Of a DNA stretch of 64,000 nt, positions 12,978 through 26,230 are shown piece by piece (positions within the stretch are counted from its first letter, which is position 1; each line of letters starts with the position of its first letter). The DNA lies in the NCBI RefSeq assembly GCF_000143415.4, contig NW_003314263.1, forward strand, positions 3,245,022-3,309,021, read 5' to 3'. The notes beneath the pieces were generated by a model that saw only the letters and a program-made list of their open reading frames with translations, had not been told where the DNA came from and did no database searches. Origin of the DNA: Selaginella moellendorffii. Its lineage: Eukaryota; Plantae; Lycopodiophyta. A program made the position numbers and the translations under genes.

Positions 12978-13877
12978 CCATTTTACAATGATTTGCATAT
13001 CTCCATCTTTTTGGTTTCAAAGAGATTATTAGTAGAATTTTTTTTTATTTACATATCATTATGTAAAATCTTAACTTCAATAATCTTGGTAAAACCTTGG
13101 TTATGATAGTTTATTTGTATTAATATTATTATGATACAACTGATTTTTATGTTTAGCTTATGTGAAGGCATTCCAGACGGTGTTACCAAGTTTAAAAGGA
13201 TAGTCAAGCATCTTCTCATTTGATTCTATCTCTACAGTATCAATGCTCTTGTATGTTCTTGTTGCTCATTCTTGAAAGGATTTAGTCATTTACTTGTAAA
13301 GAGAGGTCATTTTAAGTTGTGAGAATAGCCTTTCGAAATAGGCTTAAGTTGCTTGTCTCTATATGTTGTTCAAACTTACTATCTATCAATTGATATAAGT
13401 TTCAAGATAATAAGTTCATTATACATTCATAACTTGGACAGAGCATGACTTCATAACTTTTTGATAATGAGTGAGCTCTTGATAGAATATCTTGATAAAA
13501 CAGAAAACTGGAAAACTCAGCTCTTGAAACTTATATCAATCTCTTTATAAGTAAATGACTAAATCCTTTCAAGAATGAGCAACAAGAAGGTACAAGAGCA
13601 TTGATACTGTAGAAACAGAATCAAATGAGAAGATGCTTGACTATCCTCTTAAAATTGGTAACACTGTCTGGAATGCCTTCACATAAGCTAAACATAAAAA
13701 TCAGCTGTATCATAATGCTCTTACATAATATTAACACAAATAAACTATCATAACCAAGGTTTTACCAAACATTATTGAAGTTAAGATTTTACATAATGAT
13801 ATGTAAATAAAAAAAAATTCTACCAATAATTTCTTTGAAACCAAAAAAATGGAGATATGCAAATCATTGTAAAATGG
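12978..13877. repeat. Large inverted repeat / foldback (arms ~12978-13305 and ~13541-13877)
   Basis: For example TTTAGCTTATGTGAAGGCATTCCAGAC versus GTCTGGAATGCCTTCACATAAGCTAAA. An extra inner pair ATTGATATAAGTTTCAAGA (~13389-13407) / TCTTGAAACTTATATCAAT (~13522-13540). Confidence 0.9.
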
Positions 13878-13950
13878 AGTCATGAGATTCTTACAACTTG
13901 CTTCTGAAAGTCTTCATGTTTTGCCCTTGTGCTTCGCAAATCTGTAGCAG

Positions 13951-14271
13951 TTGTTCCAGAAGATCGAGACATCCCCGGTTTGTGTCTACAACACATCCAA
14001 ACAGGAACTGGAGGAGATCATGAAGAATGGCCGCATGGCTCCGAGCTCGAACCCAATGTATCTGGTGATGGTAGTGCTGGATGTGAAGATCGTGAGTAGC
14101 ATGTGCAACTCCAGCAAGGTTCTCATCACTATTAACTTCCAGAAAGCTTGCAAGGACAGGAGCATCGAGTATTACATGTCAGAGAATGGCTTGATCTTCA
14201 GCAGTGGCTCCATACGGGTCAAGTACTTCAAGCAGGTGGTGGAACTGCCAAGCAACAAATTGCTGCTCTAG
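13951..14271 (+). CDS. Tpt1/KptA (tRNA 2'-phosphotransferase) C-terminal-lobe-like exon, divergent
   Basis: VLITINFQKACKDRSIEYYMSENGLIFSSG.I.VKYFKQV resembles the KptA C-terminus (vLI.id..kAl.dGi.Fy.S.NgViL....ip.kYF). Preceded by an AG acceptor-like site. Upstream exons not found. Confidence 0.5.
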   Translation: MFQKIETSPVCVYNTSKQELEEIMKNGRMAPSSNPMYLVMVVLDVKIVSSMCNSSKVLITINFQKACKDRSIEYYMSENGLIFSSGSIRVKYFKQVVELPSNKLLL

Positions 14272-14564
14272 CTCCGGCCAAGGGCCTCGGTTCTTAAGAG
14301 TAGTTAGATCTTTTCTCAAGTATTGGAACGAATCTATAAGAAAGTTTTCTAGATATTTAATTTAATCAATCAGTCCTCGTTTGGCTAAAAAAAAAAACAA
14401 AAGATAAGAGAAAACACATCCTCATACCATAAGCTACTCTTCCACTGGGATCGTCCCCTTCTTGCTCACGTAGATACCATCCAAGTCCTTGTCATCCTTA
14501 TGTCGCCCTTGCTCTTTTAAATGTAGATTCAATTGAGATTCTTTTCGGGCTTAATGGTGGAGAT

Positions 14565-14858
14565 GAAGACACGTGGGAAAAACAGTTGAGAGTGGAATTT
14601 TTTTTATTTTTTTAGGGTAAACCAGTTTTTTCGATGGTAAACCCATTTTTTTGAAGCATTTTTTCCAGGAGCGCTTATGTAATTCAGCATTTCACCGCAG
14701 TTGCACGTTCGCTGCTCTCATCAACCAGGACAGTCTGCAGATATTCTGGAGGAATAAGGCAGTTACAAGGAAGAAGATTCGGGGGAGAGTGTCGAAAAAA
14801 CTGGTTTACTCTTAAAAAAAAAACATTCCACTCTCAACTGTTTTTCCCACTTGTCTTC
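14565..14858. mobile_element. MITE-like element with ~70 bp terminal inverted repeats
   Basis: GAAGACACGTGGGAAAAACAGTTGAGAGTGGAAT...GTAAACCAGTTTTTTCGA versus TCGAAAAAACTGGTTTAC...ATTCCACTCTCAACTGTTTTTCCCACTTGTCTTC. Confidence 0.75.
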
Positions 14859-15869
14859 TTTTGCTCTGTTAAATATAGAAGGATGATTAATAAATTTTAC
14901 AACAAACATGGAAGTATTGGGTTTTTTGTTGGGTGTTTTCTATCCTGATCGCGCTTGTGCTTGGATTCCTCGTCTAGGGTTTTTATAGCTGGGAGCGATG
15001 CTTGCTAGATCGCCAATCGATGGAAGGACGGCAGCGCTGGCGCCAATGTATATGCATTTCAGTTGCCAAGGAGGAGCAAAATCTTGGAGCGATGGCGCAG
15101 CATCGGCATACACAGCAATCTCGTCCTCGCAGTGCAAAATGAAACGAAGTAAGTTCATCGCCATGGCCGCTCTGGACAATGGACGATGAACAAGGCGCAT
15201 TGGCATTTCTCTCCCAGCTCTAGTTTGCAAAGAAGAAAATCGCGATCTTAGCTCATTCCTTTGTTTGCAAGGTCTTGGATCCACGGGCAACTCACGAGTG
15301 CTGGGCTTACAAGGTGGTTCATTTATTTCGCCTTCTTTGCTTGAATGTTTCATTTTATTCCAGCTTAGATCAAAGAACGCTATCGTTTTAGCGATGGTGG
15401 AGAGCCTGGAGGAACGGCAGGACGGCCAATCTAGGCTGCCAGAGGAAATTCTGGTGTGGATGGAGTTATGGTCGTTGTGACGAGGTACCTATCATCGTTT
15501 TTCCAAACGAAAGAACAAAAACTAATTGGAAATCCAGGTACTTTGGTGGAACGAAGCTTTCGTTGGAGCTTATGGAGGAATCGCTGCTGACTGCCTCAAA
15601 GACGCACCGACGCACATTGTGAAAGCAAAGGTTTTCTTATGTAGTTTGGTGTTGTCTACTGACTTGCATCGAGTGTGTAGATCTACCTGGTTCTCAAGCC
15701 TGGCTTTGATCATCTTGGAGATGTGTACCCTCTCCGAAGCATTGGTGTTATTAGTTTCGATCTTTATGTCTGCAACGAATCCAGCTTCAGCTTCAGCTTG
15801 CACAAGGGTGGCATCAAAAGAGGAGGCTGTGCGAGTTTCGGGGAAACGTGAAGGAAAAGTTCGGTCCCT

Positions 15870-16135
15870 GGAGAGAGGAATGGCTATACACGCCGAAGCT
15901 GCTAAAGGTGGTGTCGAGTTGGAGTATTTCGTCGCAAACACGCTGGTGGATTTCTACGTCAAATGTGAGAGCTCGGCAGACGCTCGCAGAGTTTTTGACA
16001 AGATGCCACTGCACGATGTCGTGTCCTGGACGGCGCTGGTGGTGGGCTACGCTGGAAACGGTGAAGGCCAGGCGGCCTTGGGTCTCTTAGAGGACATGCA
16101 ACGTCGGGGCTGTACACCGAATGCTCACTCGAATT
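15870..16135 (+). pseudogene. PLS-class pentatricopeptide repeat (PPR) gene fragment
   Basis: GMAIHAEA...FVANTLVDFYVKCESSADARRVFDKMPLHDVVSWTALVVGYAGNGEGQAALGLLEDMQRRGCTPN is a textbook L-S-P motif run. Only about 2.5 repeats. Confidence 0.85.
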
Positions 16136-16323
16136 CCTTTGAGTGCATTGTTAGAGGGACAAGAAAGCAAACGAGAAGAAATCCTGGCGATCTGTCTCCA
16201 GTAAGTGACGATGATCTTTTTTCTTTCATTCTTTTTTGCTGATGCCTGTGTTTGGTTTCAGTGGTGTTTCCCCGACAAAAAAGGTAGCAGCTACCTCTAG
16301 AGATGTTTTGCAAGAGAGGAGCG

Positions 16324-19000
16324 AGAAGATGGACGTCTCTCCAAAGCAAAGCTTTGAGAAACGAGATGGCGATTCCTCTCGGTGCAACGGCGGCTGAAAT
16401 GGTTGAAGTGGCTGACAGAAAATTACCGCCCTTTCAGCACAGTGCGAAGAAGCTACCATGCACTCCTCATGCAAGCGCTGGAAATGGCGGCGATCCCAAT
16501 CCGAACTGGCTACTCGACAACAAGTATGTATCACCAGGAGATAGCTTCTGGGACGAGGCAAAACGCGTCCTTGGGAGCAAGAAGGGTGACTGCTCGGAAG
16601 TTAAGTCGCGTATCAACCCTGACGGCCCGAATTTATTGAACTCTCCGCTACCGGTCGTGTGCTTCGACTTTGCGAGTCATGACAACGTTGGCAAAGAAGC
16701 TGCTGCAGCTCCCACTGAAGAAGGAAAGGCAATCGTGAACGATCCGTCGTCCTCAGTCTCCCGTGAGAAGTTGTCCGATTGGCTTCCGGCTGAATTATGT
16801 GAAGGATAGAAGACTGTATCAATGGCAGGTAGGCCAATTGTTTGTGATTTTAGTGCCCACTTACAAGAAACTACAGGTTGATTGTCTATGCCTTGATGGA
16901 GTTTTGGATGGTGTTTACTGTGCCTCGACAAGGTATTTAGTTTTCTTTTATGGTAATCCTTAAAACTTTTTGACAGTGCAGGAAAGAGTCTTGTTGCAGA
17001 AATTTTAATGTTAAAAAGAGTGCTGGCGACAGGGAAAATGGCAATGCTGGTTTTACCATATGTTCCTCCAGATACTTCACTTGCAGTTCGTAGCATCAAG
17101 AAGCGAACTCACTCATCAATAAGGTGGTAGAGGACGGGCGGCTGTCCGAACTAGCAGTCGTAGTTATAGATGAGCTTCATATGGTATGTATACTGACTTC
17201 CCAATATCTTTCTTATAACAGTCTGGTGCAGGTTGGAGATAAAGAGAGAGGTTAAAGCTACGACATGGGGCCGGTAAAGGTGACTATGAAAGCAGCAGCC
17301 CCACTGCAGCGATGCCTAATGTAGCAGCTGTTGCATCATGGCTTCAGGTATTGCAATCTTTTATTCAAGTCTTACAGACCATGATGATAATTTGCAGGCT
17401 GCATTTTATGAGACTAACTTTCGCCCGGTTCCTTTAGACGAACACATTAAAGTCATTTACGATACTAGTGTTCGTGCTCTAAGAGCAGGCTCTGAACTTA
17501 GCGGCAAGGATCCAGATCACATCGTCCATCTGTGGCATGAGGTTACTTTTGTGTTTTGACAAAGACCTTTCATAGGTCTTACTGATTTCAGTTTGTGCCC
17601 TTTGTTGTCTAGGTGGTTAGTAAGGCCATTCTGTGCTTTTGTTTTGTTCAAGTCGTCATGCCTGCGAAACCACTGCCCGACGAGGTACAGGCAAATGGCT
17701 GGGAGAGCAGGAAGAGCAGGGATAGACACGCATGGCGAGAGTGTAAGACTTGTCTCGTTTATGTATTCTGAAATTTGCCGAATGTTGGTTTTGCAGATAT
17801 TAATCTGTAAAAGTGAGGAGCTTCCCATTCTGAAAGAAGGTTGTCAACCGTTGCAGTCATATCTCGCCGAGGAAAAGAATGGAATGATGAGAGCTCGTTT
17901 TGGAGGTGGGCACAGGATGTCAACCGCTCTGCACCCTTCTCAACTCTACACAGCCTTTTGATGACGTCGTGAAGTCTGCTCAAGATTCTTTGCTGTGCCA
18001 CAAGCGACTGATAGAGTGGGATCAGGAGTTACAGATCTACAAAATAAGTCCATTAGGAAAAGCAGTGTTTGGCAGTTCGCTCAGCCCGGAAGAATGCTTG
18101 GTACGTTCTCGCCCGCTTTTGCTGGCAATGACGAATTTTAATTATGCGGATGCAGGTTGTCTTTGAGGATCTTGCTAAAGCCCCTGATAGTTTTGTTTTA
18201 GCGTCGGATTTGCACCTTGTTTACGAGGTTACTCCTATTCACATGAAGCGTGTGTATTGACGCTTTTTTGTGGCTCTTATATTGTCCAAGCTTGTTCAGG
18301 TATGTATGGTCGACCTTTGTTCCATAATACTGAAGTTTCGCCACTAGGAAGTGCCGCTAATGGACGTCTGCAGTACGTTCAAGGTGCCGAGGGGCACCGT
18401 GCAAGCTCTTCGATTGTTTTACCTTTGTTTTATGTTTTCACAGGCTGCACGAGCTAGATGTTTATACAAAGCGGGCTTACGAACAGTTGAAGCTGTAGCT
18501 GAGGCTACAATTCCTGAACTTGCAAACGCGCTGCGTGATTCTTCATTCAAAGAACATGCAGGTTGGCTTCTCTTATATGCTTTTACTGGCAAGCTTTTTG
18601 TAATAGATGCTGGTAAGCAGCAGTGGATGTACGCTGCAGCGGCAAAGAAAATAAGAAACGGAGCAAGGAGAATTGTCCTGGATCGAGCAGAAGAGGTGCG
18701 AATAGCTGCTTTCTCGGCCTTTCAAGCTCTTGGAGCAACGATTCCGCATTCGCTGTCACGGTCTTTATATGCCAGTGTTGAGAGGCCTCAGGCTGAGACA
18801 GACGAGATTGCCATATCTCCAAAGCGAGACGAGGGCAAGGCCGACGTTCATAGCACTGACAGTTGGATTGGATGACAGCAAGAAAATGGTAACCATGGCT
18901 CCAATGCGTTTGGAGGCTTGCGGAAAAGAAGGCCAAGGACCCGATCTTGCTGCTGTGACATCTTAGATCTGGAAACAAGGTTTTGATACATGCCCAAGCC
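16324..19000 (+). pseudogene. TEB: TEBICHI/POLQ helicase pseudogene (copy 2), more deleted than copy 1
   Basis: Near-identical to 1-2970 with extra deletions (after ELCEG, in the LPYV region, and in GYLLEL). Confidence 0.85.
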
Positions 19001-19093
19001 AATAAGACTGCTTCGCGATTTCAGGACCAGTGGAAAATTCTTGTTGTGAACATCATCTTTAATTCAAAAAACTGCTACTTTGATCTAATACTA

Positions 19094-20041
19094 TTAATAA
19101 ATTTTGAAAATACCACTCCATCTAGCTTTCTCCAATTCAATCTTCCAGAGCATCATGGATTCCTCCTTTCGCTTATCTTCTTCGGCCTGGAGATCCTGTT
19201 CAAGCTCGAGAGCAAAACAAATGTCCCCCTCCATTGCCTCTGCCTGCTCCTCCTGAGAATCCCCCTCAAGCACAAGATCCTCATTGTCCACATTCTTTTG
19301 GAGGATTTGGCTCGTTTCCCCATTGCCAATTTGAATTTCCGCAAAGCCCTCCTTGTGTTCTGGCTGCTCCAAAACGTCCTCAAGCACGAGATCTAGCATC
19401 TCCTCATCATCCACATCCTCAAGATTTGACGACAGAATTTCAGTCATCTCTTCGTCACTCACTACAATTTCTGCCACCTCAGGGAACACAAGAGGGATGT
19501 GTTCCTCCTCGTTTGGGACTTCATTCTCCTTGACCAGTGCCATGATTCTAGCCACCTCCAGGTCATCCATGTCAAACTCTTCCTTGTCCTCCACCCTGAT
19601 CACCACCCCAGCTTTATCGGCCTGTTGACCACTCTGCTTCGCTTGACTTTCGTGGACCAGCAAACCCTTCTTCGTCTCATCTTCAACTGGAGCGCGCTTG
19701 AGTTTCTTGTTCTCATGTGCCATGCCAACTTCCTCAGTGCTGCTCGATCTTGGCCGCTTCATGTAGGTTGGTCTTGTTTTTCCGCCATAAGTGAATTTTT
19801 TCTTGCACTGACTGCAGCGATACCTTGGCTGGCCAATGTTGTCGTTGTTGAAGTAGTCGAAGTTGCCACACTCACTGCGATTGCACTTCATACAGGTCGG
19901 GTGCTGCTGTTTCAGGTACGATTTCAACTCATCCACGCTTCCAAACTGGAGGCTACTCTGCTGGGAGGACGAAGACCAAAACAGTGGGTAGTTCTGGAGA
20001 AGATGGAGCTCCTTGTACACCTTGCTGCTTTTGTTTGGCAT
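19094..20041 (-). CDS. Divergent Dof-like zinc-finger protein (copy 2)
   Basis: Intact 315-aa ORF, near-identical to 3060-4001 (CMKCNRSECGNFDYFNNDNIGQPRYRCSQCKKKFTYGGKTR). Confidence 0.75.
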   Translation of the reverse strand: MPNKSSKVYKELHLLQNYPLFWSSSSQQSSLQFGSVDELKSYLKQQHPTCMKCNRSECGNFDYFNNDNIGQPRYRCSQCKKKFTYGGKTRPTYMKRPRSSSTEEVGMAHENKKLKRAPVEDETKKGLLVHESQAKQSGQQADKAGVVIRVEDKEEFDMDDLEVARIMALVKENEVPNEEEHIPLVFPEVAEIVVSDEEMTEILSSNLEDVDDEEMLDLVLEDVLEQPEHKEGFAEIQIGNGETSQILQKNVDNEDLVLEGDSQEEQAEAMEGDICFALELEQDLQAEEDKRKEESMMLWKIELEKARWSGIFKIY

Positions 20042-20509
20042 CGCTGCTGGCTTCTCTGCTGAAAGGACAACAAGTGAAAACCTAAAATATGTCCTTTTTT
20101 ACAAGCTTAAGGGATGAAATGTGTGTTTAAAGTTTTGGGTAAAGGGAGTTTTATTAAACATCTTTTAATTTCCACCCTTATATCTAAATGCCTTTTCCAG
20201 GACATAATTCGTACACACAAGGATATCACCACAAGAAAATTTCAGCAACAAAAAAGATTAGAGTGGAACCAACTAAAGAAACAATCTAAGTTTCAATGCA
20301 TGCAATGGTGTCTCAAAATATTTGGCAAGGAATAGACAAGTTAATTACGTACTTCCTTATTAAACTGAACAGCGTATAGCTCTTTTATATACAATCCCCT
20401 CTCAGATACACCACAAAAAAGAAATGCATGATATGATGCTACCGGAAACTTTCTGAGATGGAGATTTTTCTTTTTCTTCATGGTCCCTGGGAATATAGGA
20501 AGATCATTT

Positions 20510-23500
20510 TCAAAGCGATGCCAGGCCGAGAGCGTCCCTGAAAAACTCGTCGCAGGACGAGAAACCAGCCGAGAAAGCATCTCCCAGAGCCCCCATCACG
20601 TCCAGAGCCTCTTGCAGATCCGCCGAGCTCTGCATATCCTCCAGCCACTCGAGCAAATCCTTGGAGAAGGCGAGCATGGCGCTCACGTCCCGGAGCTTCT
20701 CCTTCATGGTGGCCTCCCACGCCTCAGTTCCATCGTTGGTAGTTCCACCGGCGCTGCTGCTACTCCCGCTGCTAACGGCACTACCACTCCGGCTCTTGAA
20801 AAATCTCTGGAGCTGATCGATGATCCCGATAAACACCAGCATCGGCTGGAGGATGATAAACAGCTGCTCGCTGCTGAGCGATGGAGTTGACGTAGCTTGG
20901 AGTCCTCCCGAGCTCGCTGTTCTCTTGATATCCGCTGCCGGCTGAAGCTCAGAGCAAACTCTATCGGGCTCCTGGCCGCTGGGGATGGCGATGTCGAGGC
21001 AGAAAGAGGAGAAGCCCTGTTTGTGTAGCATGTAGGCATGGACAGCACCCCGTTGGAGAAACGTTTTCCTGTGCTGTTGCCACTCGTCGTGGGATTGTAG
21101 CAGCAGCGACTGGACCATCATATACTGCACTGTCTCGTTCGATCTGGCCGGCGTGCCGGGGCTGGAGATGGTTCTCGAAACAGGAGTAGTGGTGGCGTCA
21201 GTCTCGGGAGGCGATGCCTGGAGGAACGTTTGTAAGGATTTTGCGAGAACACGGCGTTGGCTCGGTCCCTGCTGGTCCAAGAGATGTCCGGCCATTTGTA
21301 CCATGAAAGGCAAGAGCCTCGAGTTACTTTCCTTGCCACCACCTTTACTATCGACACTGAACGAGGCCCCCGTTGCAAAGCGGCCCAGCATCTGTTACAG
21401 AAGGAAAGCTCACGTTAAGTTGTAAAATGAGAAGGTAAAGGAAAAAACGTACCAGGACGATATCGTAAGAGAGCAAGCGCAGCCGGCTACCATCCGCACG
21501 TCCGAGGGCGTTTAAGTTGTCCCAGAAAGTATCAACGCACCGAGAGTACTGCGCAAGCGCGACTGCTGGGCCGCGGAGAGGAAAGAGATCGTTACACAGC
21601 GTCTCGTTGTTGCGTATAGCTGCGCCTTCCCACTCCTTTTTGGGATTCTTGAGGGAGGCGTCGGCTCGCTTTTCCTCTTGGTGGCACTGGACGTGAATAA
21701 AGTTGAAATGACTAACCGTCGTGTAGACCCACTCGGGACGGCCGTGGACAGTCGCAGAACCGATTTTTACACGCTTGCTGTACGAGTAAGCTCCCAGCAT
21801 CCGCAGTTTGTAGCCTTCCCGACAAACCATGCATGCCAGTCCGGCTTCTTCCTCTTCTACGTCTTCAAGGCCTTCAATTCGAGGCTTTGATATGACAATG
21901 CGCTCACCTCCATCAGATCTCAGCTCTCGGCGCATTCCCAGCCCCTGGAAAAAAGTGAGCTAAGTCTAAGAACGAAGGAACGCAACTTGAAAGATGAGTA
22001 TTACCTGTAGTAACTCTTCCCTTCGTTGCAAAGCACGTCGTCTCATCTCGTCCCGTGTTGTCTCCCTTAAATTCAGGATCGTCTCGGCAAGGAATCCTTT
22101 CTCTTTATCGGATAGCGTGTCCAGCAAATTTTCTGCTCTTGCTCCAATCTCGTTTTCTCCTGGCATGCCCTCCAGTGCGTGGAGCAGAGGAAGAACTTCT
22201 TCCTCGTCAAGACATTCTTGAGTCTTGCAGTGACCGATAGATAATCCTCTCATCATGGACAGGATAATCGGAACCGATGGAAGCTCCAAAGATCGTGTCC
22301 ACTCGGGTGACGACCGAAGATCTGTTTTCTTTTCAGTAAAAGGAAACGCGTCTTTCAGATACCGTATGGCAACTGCAGAAGGTAAACACAAGAGCAAAGT
22401 TGATATGAATAAAAACTCAAAAAGTTCTTACCAGTCAGTATCTCCTTCTCAAGTATGAGATTTTTAAGTAGCTCGCCACTGTCGTTTTGCTTGATCGACT
22501 CCGTTACCTTCACAAAATTCTCAACAGCGAACTGATGAAAGGCTGCTTTCTGACCCAGTGAAGCGTCCTTCGGATTCTCACCGTGCTCCTTTTGCAGCTT
22601 ATCAAAAGCTCCCCAGTCCAGTAAGTAAGGCAGGAAGTGATCCACCAATACTTCCATTGCCGCTTCCTCTCCATAAGTTAGATACGGTAGTATTCTTGCG
22701 GCTGTGTCACTGTTCTTGTGCTGCTTAGACTGCTTGTAGCTGCTGGGATTGGAGAGTCGCTCCAGGAACATTAGAACACCCTTGGCAGCTTGTTCCCCTC
22801 TGGCAATGCCGGCTCTTGTTGTGCTCAGAGCGCCTTCGGTCACTCCAACGTCACTTTCGTTGGCCTCGGTGACCAGACACTCCACGATGAGTAGCAGTCG
22901 CTCCACAGATTCGGCTGAAAAGAAGGATTTGTTGGCCGTCTCCAGGAGAACATCCAAGGCACCAAGCTGAAGAAGAGCCTGCCGGTTACCCCGAATCTTG
23001 CAGCAAAACATGAGTAGCTTCAAAACCAACGCAACTTGTTCCTGACCAGACTTCAGTTCTTCGTCCGTAAAATGCTGAGAGATACAAAACCAACTTTTAG
23101 AATCAGAAAAGACTAAAAGAGCACGCACCTCAACCATACTCAGTAGCTCCTTCAGCCCACCGCTATCTTTCATGACTCCAGTAATTGCAAACTCGATTTC
23201 TGGATCCTGACTTTCCTCTCTATCATCATCTAGCTCCTTGATCATTGGTTCTGTTGCCTCACCGTCCAGTCCCTGCACACACAGCACTTTTAAAGACAGA
23301 ATCATGAAAGATCACGCGGCATACCTGGAGTCGATATGTCACGGTCATTGGTGGACACTCTCTTCCGGAGACTCCAGAAGCAGACATTAACAGGCTCGTT
23401 CCTATTGCCGAATTCGCCACCACGAAGGCGCCTTCCGCCAAACCTGCTCATATGCCTGCGCAACACTGAGATCTAAAGAGATGATGCTTCCTGCAACAAG

Positions 23501-26230
23501 AAGCTCCATGGCGTAGTCATCCTCCAAAAGTGCAATCATCTCCAGCTGTTGACAGATTTTGTTCTTCACGTCACGCATAAGTGGACCAACTTCTAAGCTC
23601 GAGTATGGATTCTTCGTCATCGAGCCACGGATAAACTCCTCTTGCGTGTGAGCTTTGTTGAGAACAAGCATATATGCAGGCTCCGGTTTGGCCGGACAGA
23701 TGATATTGCAGAGTTGTTCAAGAATAAACTACAAGAAAAACATTGAGTAAAAGGAGACAAGGAAACAACGCTTACCAGACATATGCGATCTTTTCTGTCG
23801 TGATCAGGAGTCTGAAGACCGGAAATACATGCACGAACGAAATGTCTCTTGTTGTCGTCGCTTTCCTGAAGCAGGTTGTCAAGAAGCTCGCGTAGTAACC
23901 GTCCAGTCACTTATCAGCTTCGTCTTTTGAACAACCAGACCTCTGATCACCAAAAGAGCTTCCAAAATTTGTGACAGCAAGTCTTCCTTCATAAACCTGC
24001 AAAAAAAATATTTCATATCACCGTAACAGCAATTCGCAAACTCTTACCTTATCCTAACGTTCGGAACTTGCAGGAATTTGTTCAGTAGCTCGATAAGTTT
24101 GTGTAGAGTATAGCCCTGTGAGATGTCCGTATGGAAGCTTCGCTCCTGGGCTTCTACCCGGACTACCTCTTCACTGATAAGACTGCAAGCGGTCCGCAGA
24201 AAGCCACGAACTGTAAGATATAAGCGCGCATCTTCATCCTCGATCATTTTGAACAGCAGATCAAAGTATTCCGCTGCACTCTCTCCGGCAGTTCTCGAAG
24301 CAGGTTCACAAACAGGTCCAGGAACTTGGATTTCCGAGCTACGCTCTGAGAGCACAGCACCTCGATCAAAGCGCACATCTCTTGACGAATTGGCTGGGAG
24401 CATGCACTTAGAACAAGCTCACGAACCCAGCTACTATCTTCAAAGCACTTGAGGTCCTCGGTAAGAGCAACTTTGCAAGCTTTTCGCTTCCATCGTAGAA
24501 TATATTTAAGAGCCAAGGCATCTGAAAAAATAAAAAATAAATAAACAAATTCCATCGTCAGAGGTAAGAAAGAGTTTAACGTACCAGATTTTCTCGAGTC
24601 TTTTTGAGATTTTTGAGCGGGTTTAACGTTCTGAGATATGGTCAGTCGTCTCACGAAATCAACATACGTCGCACCATTTTTCCACTCCAGGTAGTTTACT
24701 AGTAGTAAATCCTGGCCTTTCGGTGTGTTCTCCAGCTCTTTGTCTTTCTCTACGTTTTCCTTGGCGGGCCTGGTGACCGGTGTCTCCTGAAGTATTGCAG
24801 CCGTCTTCACGAAAGAACCAACAGACTTCACCGAGAACCCTCCAGGTTCAGTAGTCTGAGGAATGTCAGTCTTTGGAGGAGTGCATGCCTGAGAAATAAT
24901 TCTCAAAGCTGGAAGAATGATGTGCTCGGCAATAACTGGATGCCGCGCTCCAACCTGGATCGACCGGAACAGCAGCTGAAATGCGACTCGCAGCCGTGCC
25001 TCCCAAAAGTCATCACCGAGAGAGCATGTTTCTGAAAGGAGTTGCATCTCATCACGGACGCACGCGGCAATATCCATCGACCGGTGATGCTCCAGACAGT
25101 ATACCACCTTCTGCTTGATCAGGCTATTGAGCTCGCCGACGGCATTTAAGTGGACTGCTTGAAAACGAAATGGAATTTACCTTCTTATGTATCTTCCTTT
25201 GATCCCAACACAGGGATTCTAGCAGGTACGTTCTCCATCTGAGATTGTTTGATGTGCATTGGAGCTGGTCTGTGAGGGTCTTTCAATTCGAGTGCTGTTT
25301 CAAGTGAAAGCCTTTTGCTCGACTCAATATCGGTGATACTGTATGGCTTGAGGCACTGGCATCACACCGCCAGCACCACAGTCACAAAAGAACCTGCTCA
25401 ACCGCGAGTAAACCACCTTGTGACCACGATGACACACCTTTGCACATACTGAGCAGCATCCCTTGGACACTGTCAAGTCGCAAGTGTAACAGAAGTACCA
25501 GTGCTGCTCCATAAAACTGCTCCCACTTGATGTGAAGGTGCAAACTCTAGAAGCAAGAAGTCTTCGTCGTGCTCTCGATCCAGGCTTGTTAGCTCACCAT
25601 CAGATGTCCCCTCGTCATCGTCTTCGTCGGCAGAGGTAGCATCACAGTCGGCATACCTGAAGAGATTCATCCACGAGGAACTTTAGCTTTTCCAGTTGAG
25701 AAGAAGGGTGCTTACTCCACTTTCAGTGCACCGAATCCATCAGTACAGCTGTTGCTCCGCGTCGTTAGTTCCCTAGCCTTGGCCCGATTTCGAGAGATGT
25801 CGACAGATTCGGTGGCTTGCTAATGTCTGAATGCTGCTTTGTGTTTTCGACAGTCTCGCTGCTTTTCTGCTCCTCGGCCTTCTTCAGCTCACAGTCTGAA
25901 ACTTCCAAGATCTTTGCTGGAGGTTTAGCTCATGTCTTCGTTGGACACGTTTCTGTAAGGCGACTGGCGAGTTTCTGCTTCGTGGTCCACCCTCTGGATA
26001 GAGCGAATGCGAGTGGCAAGTCGGGGCTTATGACTTTGAGCAGGTTGACAAGAATAATTTCCTGCCATGAGAAATCATAAGAACGCAAGTAGCAGCAAAG
26101 CAAATCCTAACCTTCACAGGAGATATTCTTCGTAGTGGGAGGTGGTCACGAAGCATGAAACCATGATCTGCGTTAAAAGAGAAAAAGAAGAATTAGTAGA
26201 ACATATTTCCTGCCATAAGAGACTAAAATG
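20510..26230 (-). pseudogene. BIG: BIG / UBR4 (calossin-like) E3 ligase, internally deleted and frameshifted
   Basis: UBR box MEQHWYFCYTCDLTVSKGCCSVCAKVCHRGHKVVYSRLSRFFCDCGAGG; AHTQEEFIRGSMTKNPYSS; YRLQGLDGEATE; C-terminal GLACMVCREGY...YTTVSHFNFIHVQCH...KKEWEGA..RNNETLCN; SNSRLLPFM. Frameshift near 24290-24300 and a large central deletion. Confidence 0.9.
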
